Source of the DNA: Candidatus Woesearchaeota archaeon
GTDB lineage: Archaea > Nanobdellota > Nanobdellia > Pacearchaeales > GW2011-AR1
NCBI GenBank assembly: GCA_964372205.1
Contig: CAYJQB010000001.1
Span: 551,699-615,698, forward strand
Direction: 5' to 3'
DNA: 64,000 bases
Under the pieces are notes generated by a model. That model saw only the letters and a list, made by a program, of their open reading frames with translations, was not told the DNA's origin and ran no database searches. This document shows, in pieces, positions 48,005-57,542 of this stretch (position 1 is its first letter; the number at the start of each line of letters is the position of its first letter). The translations under genes and the position numbers were made by a program.

Positions 48005-48362
48005 TGTCCACCTCCCAAAATCCCAAAGCTCCCTTGCACTCTTTCATTTCAACTCTCTGAATATTCTTAAGAATAAACCCATAATTCCCATATTCTGAAG
48101 ATGCTAAATGCAATTTTTTATCTTCCTGAAAGTCTTTTTCATTATGGTATTTTTTTACATCAGTAAGTTCTGCTTTTCCAATAATGCTTCCAGAGGGTAG
48201 TTTATCAAACCCAAATCTCTTCATAGCTTCCTTATCCACAGATTTTGATGCATGCACTAGAAACTCTCCTCGAAATTTTGTATTCCAATTCCTTATTTCG
48301 ATAGTCTTTCTTCCAGAAACAACAAGCTCGGCATAAGGCTGTTTTAGAGATAGAGCTTTCAC
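47988..48362 (-). CDS. ASCH domain protein
   Basis: ALSLKQPYA...GRKTIEIR...RG...HAS; KGALGFW. Confidence 0.92.
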   Translation of the reverse strand: MKALSLKQPYAELVVSGRKTIEIRNWNTKFRGEFLVHASKSVDKEAMKRFGFDKLPSGSIIGKAELTDVKKYHNEKDFQEDKKLHLASSEYGNYGFILKNIQRVEMKECKGALGFWEVDNGIYN

Positions 48363-48430
48363 CTAACCACTACAAGAACTGGATATTTAAACATTTAGGC
48401 ACTACTTAAAACGTTCGAATCCTTTATCAA

Positions 48431-48502
48431 AGCGCGGAGAGGGATTCGAACCCCCGCATGGAAGCTCTGCAGGCTTCTGCCTTACCACTTGGCTATCCGC
48501 GC
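48431..48502 (-). tRNA. tRNA-Cys(GCA)
   Basis: Anticodon arm GAAGC-CT GCA GA-GCTTC; U73 discriminator. Confidence 0.95.
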
Positions 48503-48578
48503 TTAAACAATCAAACAAGAAACGACTTATAAATATTTACAAACAAACATTCATAAACTCCAATTCTTACAAATTCCC

Positions 48579-49010
48579 ATGTTGAAGCGAATTGCTTTGA
48601 TTTCTCATTTAACCCTTTTAGTGGGCTGCGCAACCCCTCCAGTCCAAGGAAATAAACTAACAAACTATGAGTTAAGAAAAAGATTAGGAGATGATACCCA
48701 GATAGTTGAAACTCAATCTGTACAAATAGATGATTACCAATATCATGATTATACAACTAGAAAATTTTTCCGAGAGATTATTCATGACCCCTTTTCAACG
48801 CCAAATATGAGTCAGACAATACTCACGACGTTAGATGAAACTTATTTTAAACATCTACAACCTGAAGACTTACTATATAAACCAGTAAAAACGGGTAAAC
48901 AGATTAGTAACAAAATAGAAGAATGGACAAAATTTAAATTTGAAGACTGGATAATAAAATCAGAAATAACTGGAGATTCTATAGGCATTTCTGCTTCAAA
49001 AAAATTTTAA
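48579..49010 (+). CDS. putative lipoprotein
   Basis: Lipobox-like LLVGC after a basic/hydrophobic leader. Confidence 0.65.
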   Translation: MLKRIALISHLTLLVGCATPPVQGNKLTNYELRKRLGDDTQIVETQSVQIDDYQYHDYTTRKFFREIIHDPFSTPNMSQTILTTLDETYFKHLQPEDLLYKPVKTGKQISNKIEEWTKFKFEDWIIKSEITGDSIGISASKKF

Positions 49011-49011
49011 A

Positions 49012-49086
49012 CGGCCCCGACAGGATTTGAACCTGCGACCCTCAGATTAGAAGTCTGATGCTCTATCCAGGCTGAGCTACGGGGCC
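49012..49086 (-). tRNA. tRNA-Arg(TCT)
   Basis: Anticodon arm TCAGA-CT TCT AA-TCTGA; GGCCCCG acceptor stem. Confidence 0.95.
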
Positions 49087-49122
49087 ACCCATTAATCAAA
49101 AAAAATTGTTATTTAAAACTTC

Positions 49123-52100
49123 TTATCTGTCTCTTAAATTAAGTTTTATGAATTTCCTACCCCTATGATGATTTCTTGTTGTTTTCTTATGATGTTTCAT
49201 AACAAATCGTGTTACAAAAATCAAGATGATAATTCCTGCTAAAACTATAGCTGCATAGGTAAGTGTTTTCTGGTTGGCATCAGATATTGCAAGGCCTGTA
49301 AGTCCCGAAGATGGAAGAATTACTGTATTCACACTATTTAGAACATCCAAGTTGGATTCAAGGTCTATAAACAATCTGAATTCTCCAAAAGTGTCTTGAG
49401 GAAGTTCTAAGTCAAACTCATACTCTCCCTTAGAGCTTGCAATCGCAATAATGCTCCTTTCTCCCTCTGTAATTATCTCTCCATCTCGATTCTCAAGCCT
49501 GTACTTCAGAGCAATATTCTGATCAGCCCCACTTAATTCCTCCAAAGAGTATGAAACAAGCAGTTTATTCCCGTCTCTTTCTGTTCCGAGAAAATCAAAA
49601 TCAAAACTGCTAGGAAGCACGGCGACTTGAAGAGGTATGCTTGCACTAGTCTCATCACATACGACATCAGCTCCAATATTGTAAGTTCCCGAATCAAACT
49701 CCAAAGGTATTGCCAACTCAAAGACAAATGTAGCAGACTGCCCAAGAGAAAGATCTTCAACCTGATTACTGCTTATCAAACCTGCAAATGGACCTGTTGG
49801 AACCATCTGGCAGTTATTTAGGAATACTCCTCCGGAATTTCTAACTGTGAAGCTAACGACGGCGCTCCTCCCTTTCTTGATGCTCAGCCCTGGAAGATCT
49901 GCATAGCTAAGCCTAGGTCCAGAGAATCCCCCACCTCCACCGCCTCCTCCTCCTCCACCGCTTCCACCGCTTCCAGAAGAACCAGATGCAACACTAAAGC
50001 TAGTACTGCTATCCCCTTCGTTTGATGCAGCGTCAAAAGCAGAAACATCAAGATCATAGTTCCCATCTCCCTGGACGGTTATTTGAGTGTTTTCACAAGA
50101 AGTAATTATGTTTACCTCCAAATTTTGTCCATTTGCCGAATAGGTAAGATTATATGAACAGGTAGTTACAGGACTAGAGTCATTAACTTCAAAAGTCAAA
50201 GGAACTGTAGTATCTGTATAGGTTCCATTTGGCTCACTAATAGTCACATTTGGAGGAGTATAATCTGTTGTTAGAGACCTATTTCCACTTAATACATAAT
50301 CTCCATCGCTATCCAAACATCCAACTGCCCAAATATATACTCCTTCTGTCAAGTTACCACTCTCAAAAGTATTTTCTTGTCCGGATAAAATTGTCAAATC
50401 TGTCTGGCTAAGCCCATAACTTCCATCAAAATCGTTCCACAATTCACATCTGCTAACTGAGCTATCTGAATAAGGAATATATATCAAAGTCACATTTCCA
50501 GAATTATTATAATGCTCTTGCTCTGGGTAGACTAGATGGACATTGGGTCTTCCGTTTTTAACGAAAAATATCTCGCTATCCGAGTTCTCTAAACCACCAA
50601 AGTATTCCCTGGCAAAAAGAGTTATATTGTACTCTCCATCGCTCGGAACTGAAAAAGTCATATTCTCACATCCCAAGATTGTGTTATTAGCTCCGTTATT
50701 CAGATTGTAGAAGCATTCAACTCCAATATAATAAGATAGAGAAAAGTTTAGTGGAACGGAGCTTAGATTGCCGTATGTAGAAGAATAGCTAGGATAATCT
50801 ATTTCAACAGTTGGGGCCAAACTGCTAGTGTTTACCTCAAAGTAAAATGCGACTTCTGAAGAGTTTTCAAAACCGTCAAAAGCAACAACACTCCAAGAGT
50901 ATTGCCCATCAGAAAGATTGCTCCATGAATAAGCTATATTACTTCCATTTGTTTGTCCTAAATACTCTTGCAGAAGATTTCCATTGCCATACGCCCAAAC
51001 TGTTAAATTCTCTAAGTCTTCATCAAAGACGCTGAAGTTCAAGTCAACATAGTTCAGAGTAACATTAGAACCATTTGAAGGAGAATTGTATACTACTCTT
51101 GGAGCTCTATTTCCTTGAGGAGTCACATTCACAAAATAAGTCTTAGAACTAAAACTATAATTCTCGCTTTCTAAATAAAACAAACTTATATTATATAATC
51201 CTGAAGAACTAAATAAAGTATTGTTGCTTAATTCCGAATATCCTTCATTTATCAAAGATCCGTCCAAATAAAGTTGCATGTTCGAAGATTGATCTCCTGT
51301 AAATATAGTTCCATTCAATAGAACCCAACTTCCCTCAACCACAGAAATATCGTCTTCGGAACCATTGAGAGTCAAATTAATTACACTCTGTCCCTTTTCA
51401 ACAATCAAAGTCTGTTCGTCCAATAGCGCTTGAGAGTAGTTTTGACCAGAACTTACATTCAAAATATAAAGATAATTTCCAGCAGCAAGAATAGCTGTTT
51501 CTCCACTACCAACACTTTCATTGTCTCTAAAAATTTCATATGATATATCGTCATCCCCCATGTTGCTTTCAGTATATCCAATTGTCATTTCCTCTGGATA
51601 AGTGATTACCCAAGCGTCTGAATTTGTAAGGCTTCCAATTGCTGTAGCTTTCACAATTGTATATGTAAAGAGTTCAGAAGAATTATAATTTCCAGAAGAA
51701 TCATTTGCCCACCAATAATAACTATAGTTTCCAGCAGCAATATCATTTAATTCAAAGCTAAACTCCCCGTTAGATTCCGAAACAGAATAATTTACACCTA
51801 AAAATTCAATTCCGACGTCCCCAACTTGAACATTGTCAGTGACAGTCACATTGAACTGATAGTTTGTTCCAAAAGAATAGCTTATCCCATCAGAGGGGCT
51901 CTCAATGAAATTAAAAAATTGGGGAGCGAGGTTATCAGTTGCCAAGCTGAAAAAAATTCTTTCCGTATAGTTATTATTTCCAAACGAATCATTTGCAAAC
52001 ACTAGGAATTCATAACCTCCGTCAATCAAGCTGTTCTCACTATATTCAAAATTTGTTCCATCTGTAGAACTCATGCTTGTATTTGTTATTCCATTGTCTA

Positions 52101-53883
52101 AGCTAAACATCACAGAACCTGTTTCATCCAAGCTCACATTAAACAATATTGGCAAGGAATCATAAGTTATATTCAAAGGAGAATTTATGACAACTCCTGG
52201 AGCAAAACTGTCAACATTGAAAGTTACACTATCTTCTCCCTCATTACCTATATTATCTGAAGCCCAGACAACCAAGAAGTTAGCCCCTTGTGAAGCCGTT
52301 ATACTAGAGTCCGAACATCCAGGAAGAGTAGTATTTGTTATTCCATTGTCTAAGGAATACCAACAGCTGTTCAGGTTGTCTTCTATAACACTAAAATTCA
52401 AATCAAGTGTTGCACTGTTGTAATTTCCTCCACCTTCAGGAAATTCTATAGTCACATTAGGGCTTAAAGAATCGATAAAGAAAGTGACAGAGTCATTGCC
52501 TAAATATCCTAAAGAATCATTTGCCCACACACTCCAGGTATTATCTCCCTGTTCCGAGCCTAGCCCCGTAATGTTTTCGCCACATAAAACAGTAACGTTC
52601 GTAATCCCTTGGTTTAATGAATACCAACATGAGTCAAGATTACCCTCTGCATCGCTAACAATATAATCTATAGCGGACAATTCCAGATTATAACTAATGT
52701 TCTGAGGAGAGGTTATGTTTAGAGATGGAGCCGTATTTTGACTCTCATAATGAATATCAACACTATAAGTTTCAGGACTTATGGAAGAGGTTTCTTTTGT
52801 AAAGTTCACCAAGTACTGAAAATACCTATTGGTTCCGACACTCAAGTTCTGAAAAATACTTTCGGAAACATCTGCGAAATTATCTCCAATACAGCTAGAA
52901 TCATCACAACTTCTTACACTTAAATTAAGATATCCTTTTCCTCTCAAATATCTATGAGAAATTTCATCAGAACTCAAAGATCGGTTATATAATGATACTT
53001 CATCAATTTTTCCATCAAAAAAGAAAGATCTGAAATTTCCATTCCATCCTGCTCCAACAAGAAGATTATTTGTTCCTGAACCTATAAATCCCGTTGCAGT
53101 GGTGCTATTGACAAGATACCCGTCCGAATAAACTTTAAGATTGCTCCCATCGTAAGTGAATGCCACATGATGCCATTCAGATGTTGAAAGAGAAGTCGGG
53201 CTAATAGCATTAAAATGACCTACTGAAGTATCTATATCTGCAACAATATTTCCAAAGACATTAAAATACAATGAATATTGACTGTCATATCTCTTGTCTA
53301 CCACAGAAGGGAAATTGTTTCCACCTGCATTATCATATCTATCTGCATTCACCCATGCTTCTATAGTCAATCCTTCCGTATTTTCAAAATCTGACTTATC
53401 CCCGAAATCTGCTCTATCATTACTTCCATCAAAACCTAAAGAAGTGTTAAACTTTCCATTCGCTCCATAAACAACTCCATTAAAGCTAGCTCCATGATTA
53501 GCTCTTCCAGAGCTGTCAACTAGTGTGCCTGAAGCCTCATTAAAATGAGTAAGAAGCATATTTTCTTCCATACTTATGTTCCCCCGTAAATAACCCAATT
53601 CAGTTCCTCTATTGTCAATAAGCTCGCAATAATAACAAAGACCTGTTCCAAAAGAAATATTACTCCACGTTGTATCAGAAGCACCAGAATCAAAAATTCT
53701 GCTTAAATAACCTCCAGAGTTCTGCGCAGAGTCCAACTGTACAAAATTACCTGTAGAATTATAAAATGTATTTGAATAGTTTCCCTGATCGAAATCTCCT
53801 TGATTATCATCCAAAAAATTTCCAGCCGAAACTAACCCAATAAACAAGATTACTGCAAAAAATAACCAAAATATCTTATTCAC
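49123..53883 (-). CDS. large surface glycoprotein: signal peptide, LamG domain, tandem Ig-like repeats, poly-Gly linker, C-terminal TM
   Basis: WHHVAFTYDG...IDEV LamG motifs; repeated P-x-V-x-I-x-S-P / C-W-Y-S-L modules; many NxS/T sequons. Confidence 0.85.
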   Translation of the reverse strand: MNKIFWLFFAVILFIGLVSAGNFLDDNQGDFDQGNYSNTFYNSTGNFVQLDSAQNSGGYLSRIFDSGASDTTWSNISFGTGLCYYCELIDNRGTELGYLRGNISMEENMLLTHFNEASGTLVDSSGRANHGASFNGVVYGANGKFNTSLGFDGSNDRADFGDKSDFENTEGLTIEAWVNADRYDNAGGNNFPSVVDKRYDSQYSLYFNVFGNIVADIDTSVGHFNAISPTSLSTSEWHHVAFTYDGSNLKVYSDGYLVNSTTATGFIGSGTNNLLVGAGWNGNFRSFFFDGKIDEVSLYNRSLSSDEISHRYLRGKGYLNLSVRSCDDSSCIGDNFADVSESIFQNLSVGTNRYFQYLVNFTKETSSISPETYSVDIHYESQNTAPSLNITSPQNISYNLELSAIDYIVSDAEGNLDSCWYSLNQGITNVTVLCGENITGLGSEQGDNTWSVWANDSLGYLGNDSVTFFIDSLSPNVTIEFPEGGGNYNSATLDLNFSVIEDNLNSCWYSLDNGITNTTLPGCSDSSITASQGANFLVVWASDNIGNEGEDSVTFNVDSFAPGVVINSPLNITYDSLPILFNVSLDETGSVMFSLDNGITNTSMSSTDGTNFEYSENSLIDGGYEFLVFANDSFGNNNYTERIFFSLATDNLAPQFFNFIESPSDGISYSFGTNYQFNVTVTDNVQVGDVGIEFLGVNYSVSESNGEFSFELNDIAAGNYSYYWWANDSSGNYNSSELFTYTIVKATAIGSLTNSDAWVITYPEEMTIGYTESNMGDDDISYEIFRDNESVGSGETAILAAGNYLYILNVSSGQNYSQALLDEQTLIVEKGQSVINLTLNGSEDDISVVEGSWVLLNGTIFTGDQSSNMQLYLDGSLINEGYSELSNNTLFSSSGLYNISLFYLESENYSFSSKTYFVNVTPQGNRAPRVVYNSPSNGSNVTLNYVDLNFSVFDEDLENLTVWAYGNGNLLQEYLGQTNGSNIAYSWSNLSDGQYSWSVVAFDGFENSSEVAFYFEVNTSSLAPTVEIDYPSYSSTYGNLSSVPLNFSLSYYIGVECFYNLNNGANNTILGCENMTFSVPSDGEYNITLFAREYFGGLENSDSEIFFVKNGRPNVHLVYPEQEHYNNSGNVTLIYIPYSDSSVSRCELWNDFDGSYGLSQTDLTILSGQENTFESGNLTEGVYIWAVGCLDSDGDYVLSGNRSLTTDYTPPNVTISEPNGTYTDTTVPLTFEVNDSSPVTTCSYNLTYSANGQNLEVNIITSCENTQITVQGDGNYDLDVSAFDAASNEGDSSTSFSVASGSSGSGGSGGGGGGGGGGGFSGPRLSYADLPGLSIKKGRSAVVSFTVRNSGGVFLNNCQMVPTGPFAGLISSNQVEDLSLGQSATFVFELAIPLEFDSGTYNIGADVVCDETSASIPLQVAVLPSSFDFDFLGTERDGNKLLVSYSLEELSGADQNIALKYRLENRDGEIITEGERSIIAIASSKGEYEFDLELPQDTFGEFRLFIDLESNLDVLNSVNTVILPSSGLTGLAISDANQKTLTYAAIVLAGIIILIFVTRFVMKHHKKTTRNHHRGRKFIKLNLRDR
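52079..52354 (+). repeat. 24-bp identical repeat in adjacent Ig-like modules
   Basis: gtatttgttattccattgtctaag at 52079-52102 and 52331-52354 (LDNGITNT). Confidence 0.85.
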
Positions 53884-54568
53884 TTAAGTTTCCTCCAATA
53901 TTTAGAGAATTAGATTCCGATTCTTTAGAGTCTTCTATATGAAGATTGTCAGATTGCGCCTTCAAGAGTTCATAGTCTAATTGAAAACTTTCCACATAAC
54001 TTCCCTGTCCATTAAAAATAATTTTAAATTGAAAATACCTCCCTTCCATATTAAGGTCCTCCAAATTGGCCTCAACAAACTCCCTGTCACTACAATCTTC
54101 ATAATCACAAACCATTATTTGAAACTCTATATTTCCAGGAGTTTCTTCAACGAGTGCAGATTTTGTCCTCGCGTTGGCAATTTCATCTATTTTCTTAGAA
54201 TCTTTTAATTCCTGCCAGCTAACACCTTCATCATAAGAGATTACAAACTTTCCCGTTTCATCTTTCATATAGAATAACTTTCCAGAGGACTCTCCTTGCC
54301 AATCAAATCTTTTTACAAGTGCTTGATCTCCTAAATCAATTATCCTACTAGTATACTCTCCGCTAGAAACCTCTGAAGATAAGTAAAGTTTCCCATCCGA
54401 AAATTCAATCCCCTGAAAATCTCCTTCTTCAAAATTTATTTCATCTGAATCTAAAACGCTAAGTCCAGTAACTCCTTTAAATCCGAAATAAGATATCTGT
54501 GCTAGAGCCAATAAAACCCCTAATGCCACAAGCGAGACAAATACTGCTACAACCCTCTCTTTACCCAT
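53876..54568 (-). CDS. membrane-anchored extracellular protein with an Asp-box
   Basis: N-terminal TM; SYDEGVSW Asp-box; shares SRI(I/F)D, C-x4-C and RYFQ motifs with the downstream protein. Confidence 0.75.
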   Translation of the reverse strand: MGKERVVAVFVSLVALGVLLALAQISYFGFKGVTGLSVLDSDEINFEEGDFQGIEFSDGKLYLSSEVSSGEYTSRIIDLGDQALVKRFDWQGESSGKLFYMKDETGKFVISYDEGVSWQELKDSKKIDEIANARTKSALVEETPGNIEFQIMVCDYEDCSDREFVEANLEDLNMEGRYFQFKIIFNGQGSYVESFQLDYELLKAQSDNLHIEDSKESESNSLNIGGNLSE

Positions 54569-54642
54569 TGCGTAAAAAGCCGATTGTTTTTTATAAAGAT
54601 TGCTAACAACACTTATTTAAACAATATTTACTGCTTTTTTAA

Positions 54643-55545
54643 GTGACATTGCCAATAGATATAACTATGTTGGGAACTGGAGCCTCAATCCCTACTGTTA
54701 AAAAAAATCACACGGGGATTCTAATAAGTTGTGGCTCTGAAAATGTCTTGATTGACTGTGGAGAAGGAATACAAAGACAGTTCAAGATAGGAAAGCTCAA
54801 CCCTTGTAGAATCACAAAAATCCTTTTAACACACTGGCATGGAGATCATGTTTTAGGTTTAGTTGGACTATTAGAAACTCTCCAGATGTCGGGATATAGC
54901 AAAACCCTTTCTATCTATGGTCCTAGAGGTACAAAAGAGAAAATAACCATTCTAGAAAAAGTGTACGGAAAGTTTCAGATAGACCTGAAAATACAAGAGA
55001 TATCTTCAGGGAAAATATTTGAATCTAAAGATTTTGAATTAGAATGTGCTTCTATGTCTCACAACCAACCTTGTTTAGCATATTCCTTGATAATAAAAGA
55101 CAAACTAAGGCTGAAAAAAGAAAAAATAAAAAAGTTAAAACTACCCAACACCCCTTTGCTTAGCAAATTAAAAGAAGGAAAAAATATAACTCTTAACGGT
55201 AAAAAGATAAATGCTAAAGATGTTACTTACTTGGAAAGTGGGAAAAAAGTTTCTATAGTTCTAGACACCGAAATTAATGCAAATGCACTCAAAATTGCTA
55301 AAAATTCTGACATACTAATATGTGAATCCTCATTTATGGAAGAGGATAAAGATAAAGCGAAAGAAAGAAAACATCTGACATTAAATCAAGCTGTAAGCTT
55401 AGCCAAAAAGTCAAAATCAAAAAAACTTGTCCTCACACATATTTCTGATAGATACGAGAACAAGCTTGATGAGATAAGTATAAAGGCTAAAAAGTTATTC
55501 AAGAATTCCCAAATAGCAAAGGATTTTGATAAATTTTCTATTTAG
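54643..55545 (+). CDS. rnz: ribonuclease Z
   Basis: LGTG, DCGEG, THWHGDH (HxHxDH) and LTHIS motifs; GTG start. Confidence 0.95.
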   Translation: MTLPIDITMLGTGASIPTVKKNHTGILISCGSENVLIDCGEGIQRQFKIGKLNPCRITKILLTHWHGDHVLGLVGLLETLQMSGYSKTLSIYGPRGTKEKITILEKVYGKFQIDLKIQEISSGKIFESKDFELECASMSHNQPCLAYSLIIKDKLRLKKEKIKKLKLPNTPLLSKLKEGKNITLNGKKINAKDVTYLESGKKVSIVLDTEINANALKIAKNSDILICESSFMEEDKDKAKERKHLTLNQAVSLAKKSKSKKLVLTHISDRYENKLDEISIKAKKLFKNSQIAKDFDKFSI

Positions 55546-55557
55546 CTAATCCAGCAA

Positions 55558-55800
55558 TCAAATAGATGTAGAAGATGGAGATATGAAGATTATTGTATCG
55601 CCTCTCAAGAAGGTCAATCCAAGGTTCTTCCTCGCCTCACCGTTGTGCATCTCTTTTGTATTGTCCAAAACCACATTGATATGGATATCAAATGCTTGCA
55701 AAACTCCGACAAATTGCCTATCGTTCTTTAATTGGACGATAACTTCTTTGCCTTTTGATGCATTCAATAAATCAAGAGGTCTTTCAATTCCGTTTGCCAT
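55558..55800 (-). CDS. Sm-like (Lsm) protein
   Basis: RPLDLL...G-x-L-x-AFDIHINVVL...RGD. Confidence 0.93.
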   Translation of the reverse strand: MANGIERPLDLLNASKGKEVIVQLKNDRQFVGVLQAFDIHINVVLDNTKEMHNGEARKNLGLTFLRGDTIIFISPSSTSI

Positions 55801-55916
55801 ACATCGAGATGATTTAATTGAGTTTATAAACATTCCTATAAATTACAATCCAAGTTAACAAAAAAATTCAAACTTTGATTAGCAAACTTTATAAAGCAGA
55901 ATTCTTCCTCATGAAC

Positions 55917-56279
55917 ATGAACAAAGGAAGAAACATTTCCGGAGCAAAATACCACTCAAATAGAAAGAAGAAAAAATTTGAGAAGCAACATGATGAAAGA
56001 AAAGCAGTTCTTGGAGAGAGGAGAACAAAAGTCATCAGAGGAAAAGGTGGACACAAGAAGACAGTTCTACTTAGAGCTAATACTGCAAATCTAATCATGG
56101 GAAAAAAATCAGAAAAAGTTGAGATAACCAATGTTATTGAGACTCCTCAAAATCGTTTCCTAGCTAGACAGAACAGACTAGCAAAAGGTGCTATAATAGA
56201 AACCTCGAAAGGCAAAGCAAGAATCACAAATCGCCCAAGCCAAGAAGGTAATATTAACGCAGTTCTAATCAAGGAATAA
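55917..56279 (+). CDS. rps8e: ribosomal protein eS8
   Basis: RGKGGHKK, RQNRLAKGAIIET and RPSQEG motifs. Confidence 0.93.
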   Translation: MNKGRNISGAKYHSNRKKKKFEKQHDERKAVLGERRTKVIRGKGGHKKTVLLRANTANLIMGKKSEKVEITNVIETPQNRFLARQNRLAKGAIIETSKGKARITNRPSQEGNINAVLIKE

Positions 56280-56352
56280 TTCCCAAGACTTAACCGAAAG
56301 ACTTATATACCCAATTTGTCCTAGTTTGTTTTATAAATCTTTCGGTATACAA

Positions 56353-57291
56353 ATGAGCTATGTAAAAAGATGCCCTGAATGTGACAGCATAAACTTAACA
56401 TATGATGACCAGAAAGGGGAAATCGTCTGTAATGACTGTGGACTTATCATTGAAGAAAAGATGGTTGATGCTGGACAAGAGACCGGCGGACAATTCGATA
56501 AGTCTGAGAAAAAAGGACGAGGGGGAGCACCACTTTCTATTCAAAAATTCGATAAAGGTTTAACAACTAACGTCGGAGAAATCTCAGACATATACAAGCT
56601 AGAATCTGGCCAAACTCGTAAATTCCTCAGACTGAAAAAATGGCAGGAAAGAGTTTCCACTTCTATTGAAAGAAATTTGAGGCTTGCTATGGCGGAATTA
56701 AGAAGAGAAACAAGCTTCCTTAATCTCCCATCAGTTGTAAGAGATGAAGCAGCAAGAGTTTACAATTTTGTCCTTCAAAGAGGTTTAGTCAGAGGAAGAA
56801 GCATGGAATCAGTCATAGCAGCCTGTATTTATGCAGCTTGTCGTTCATATAATATTCCAAGAACTCTAGACGAAATTGCAGCAACTTCTGATGTCCCAAG
56901 AAAAGAGATAGGCAGAACTTATAGATTTATGATAAGAAAGCTTGGCATTAAAGTAAAACCTTCCTCTCCAAAAGACTATATCTCTAGATTTGCTTCAATC
57001 TTACATCTCTCTCCTAAATCTCAAAATGAAGCCCTTAAAATTCTAAAGAAAGCAGATGTTTCAGAACTTACTTCAGGAAGAGGTCCTGCAGGAATAGCTG
57101 CCGCAGCATTGTACGTTGCTGCCCTCATAAACAATGAGAAAAAAACCCAAAGAGAAGTTGCAGACGTAGCAGGTATAACTGAAGTCACAATAAGAAACAG
57201 ATACAAAGAACTCATAGACAAGCTAGGTATAGAAGACAAACTTAAAGAAATAGAAACCAAGAATAAAGCAGAGAAAAAAGTATCTGCATAA
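56353..57291 (+). CDS. tfb: transcription initiation factor IIB
   Basis: CPEC...CNDCG zinc ribbon; two cyclin repeats; TEVTIRNRYKEL. Confidence 0.97.
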   Translation: MSYVKRCPECDSINLTYDDQKGEIVCNDCGLIIEEKMVDAGQETGGQFDKSEKKGRGGAPLSIQKFDKGLTTNVGEISDIYKLESGQTRKFLRLKKWQERVSTSIERNLRLAMAELRRETSFLNLPSVVRDEAARVYNFVLQRGLVRGRSMESVIAACIYAACRSYNIPRTLDEIAATSDVPRKEIGRTYRFMIRKLGIKVKPSSPKDYISRFASILHLSPKSQNEALKILKKADVSELTSGRGPAGIAAAALYVAALINNEKKTQREVADVAGITEVTIRNRYKELIDKLGIEDKLKEIETKNKAEKKVSA

Positions 57292-57313
57292 GAATTCTAC
57301 ATAATTCACAACA

Positions 57314-57320
57314 TTTAAAA
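57314..57320 (+). promoter_or_regulatory. probable TATA box of tRNA-Leu
   Basis: tttaaaa, matching the boxes upstream of the other four tRNAs, but 68 nt from the tRNA instead of 21-24 nt. Confidence 0.6.
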
Positions 57321-57352
57321 CACTTCCAATTTTAGTCTCTTTAACTCTAGAG

Positions 57353-57387
57353 GGTTGCTGAACTCATAGAACTCACTAGAAGTTGTA
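57353..57387 (+). repeat. mini-element, copy A (tRNA-Leu leader)
   Basis: ggttgctgaactcatagaactcactagaagttgta; 30/35 identical to copy B. Confidence 0.85.
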
Positions 57388-57388
57388 A

Positions 57389-57473
57389 GCGGGGATGCCG
57401 GAGTGGTCAAACGGGCTGGATTTAGGCTCCAGTGTGCTTAGTGCCTACCTAGGTTCGAATCCTAGTCCCCGCA
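57389..57473 (+). tRNA. tRNA-Leu(TAG)
   Basis: GCGGGGA acceptor stem, CTGGA-TT TAG GC-TCCAG anticodon arm, long variable arm, A73. Confidence 0.95.
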
Positions 57474-57474
57474 T

Positions 57475-57491
57475 GTGAATCAAAGATTCAC
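57475..57491. other. perfect 7-bp hairpin directly after tRNA-Leu
   Basis: gtgaatc-aaa-gattcac; function unknown. Confidence 0.6.
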
Positions 57492-57507
57492 TATCTGTAG
57501 GACTCGT

Positions 57508-57542
57508 GGTTGCTGGACTCATAGAACCCGCTGGAGGTTGTA
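57508..57542 (+). mobile_element. putative mini-element, copy B
   Basis: ggttgctggactcatagaacccgctggaggttgta, 1 nt before the duplicated tRNA 3' end; mobility is inferred. Confidence 0.6.

Noticed and set aside
57353-57542. Copies A and B as the template/variable repeat pair of a diversity-generating retroelement
   Set aside because: Too short, non-coding, one difference is T/C, and no RT or target gene is nearby
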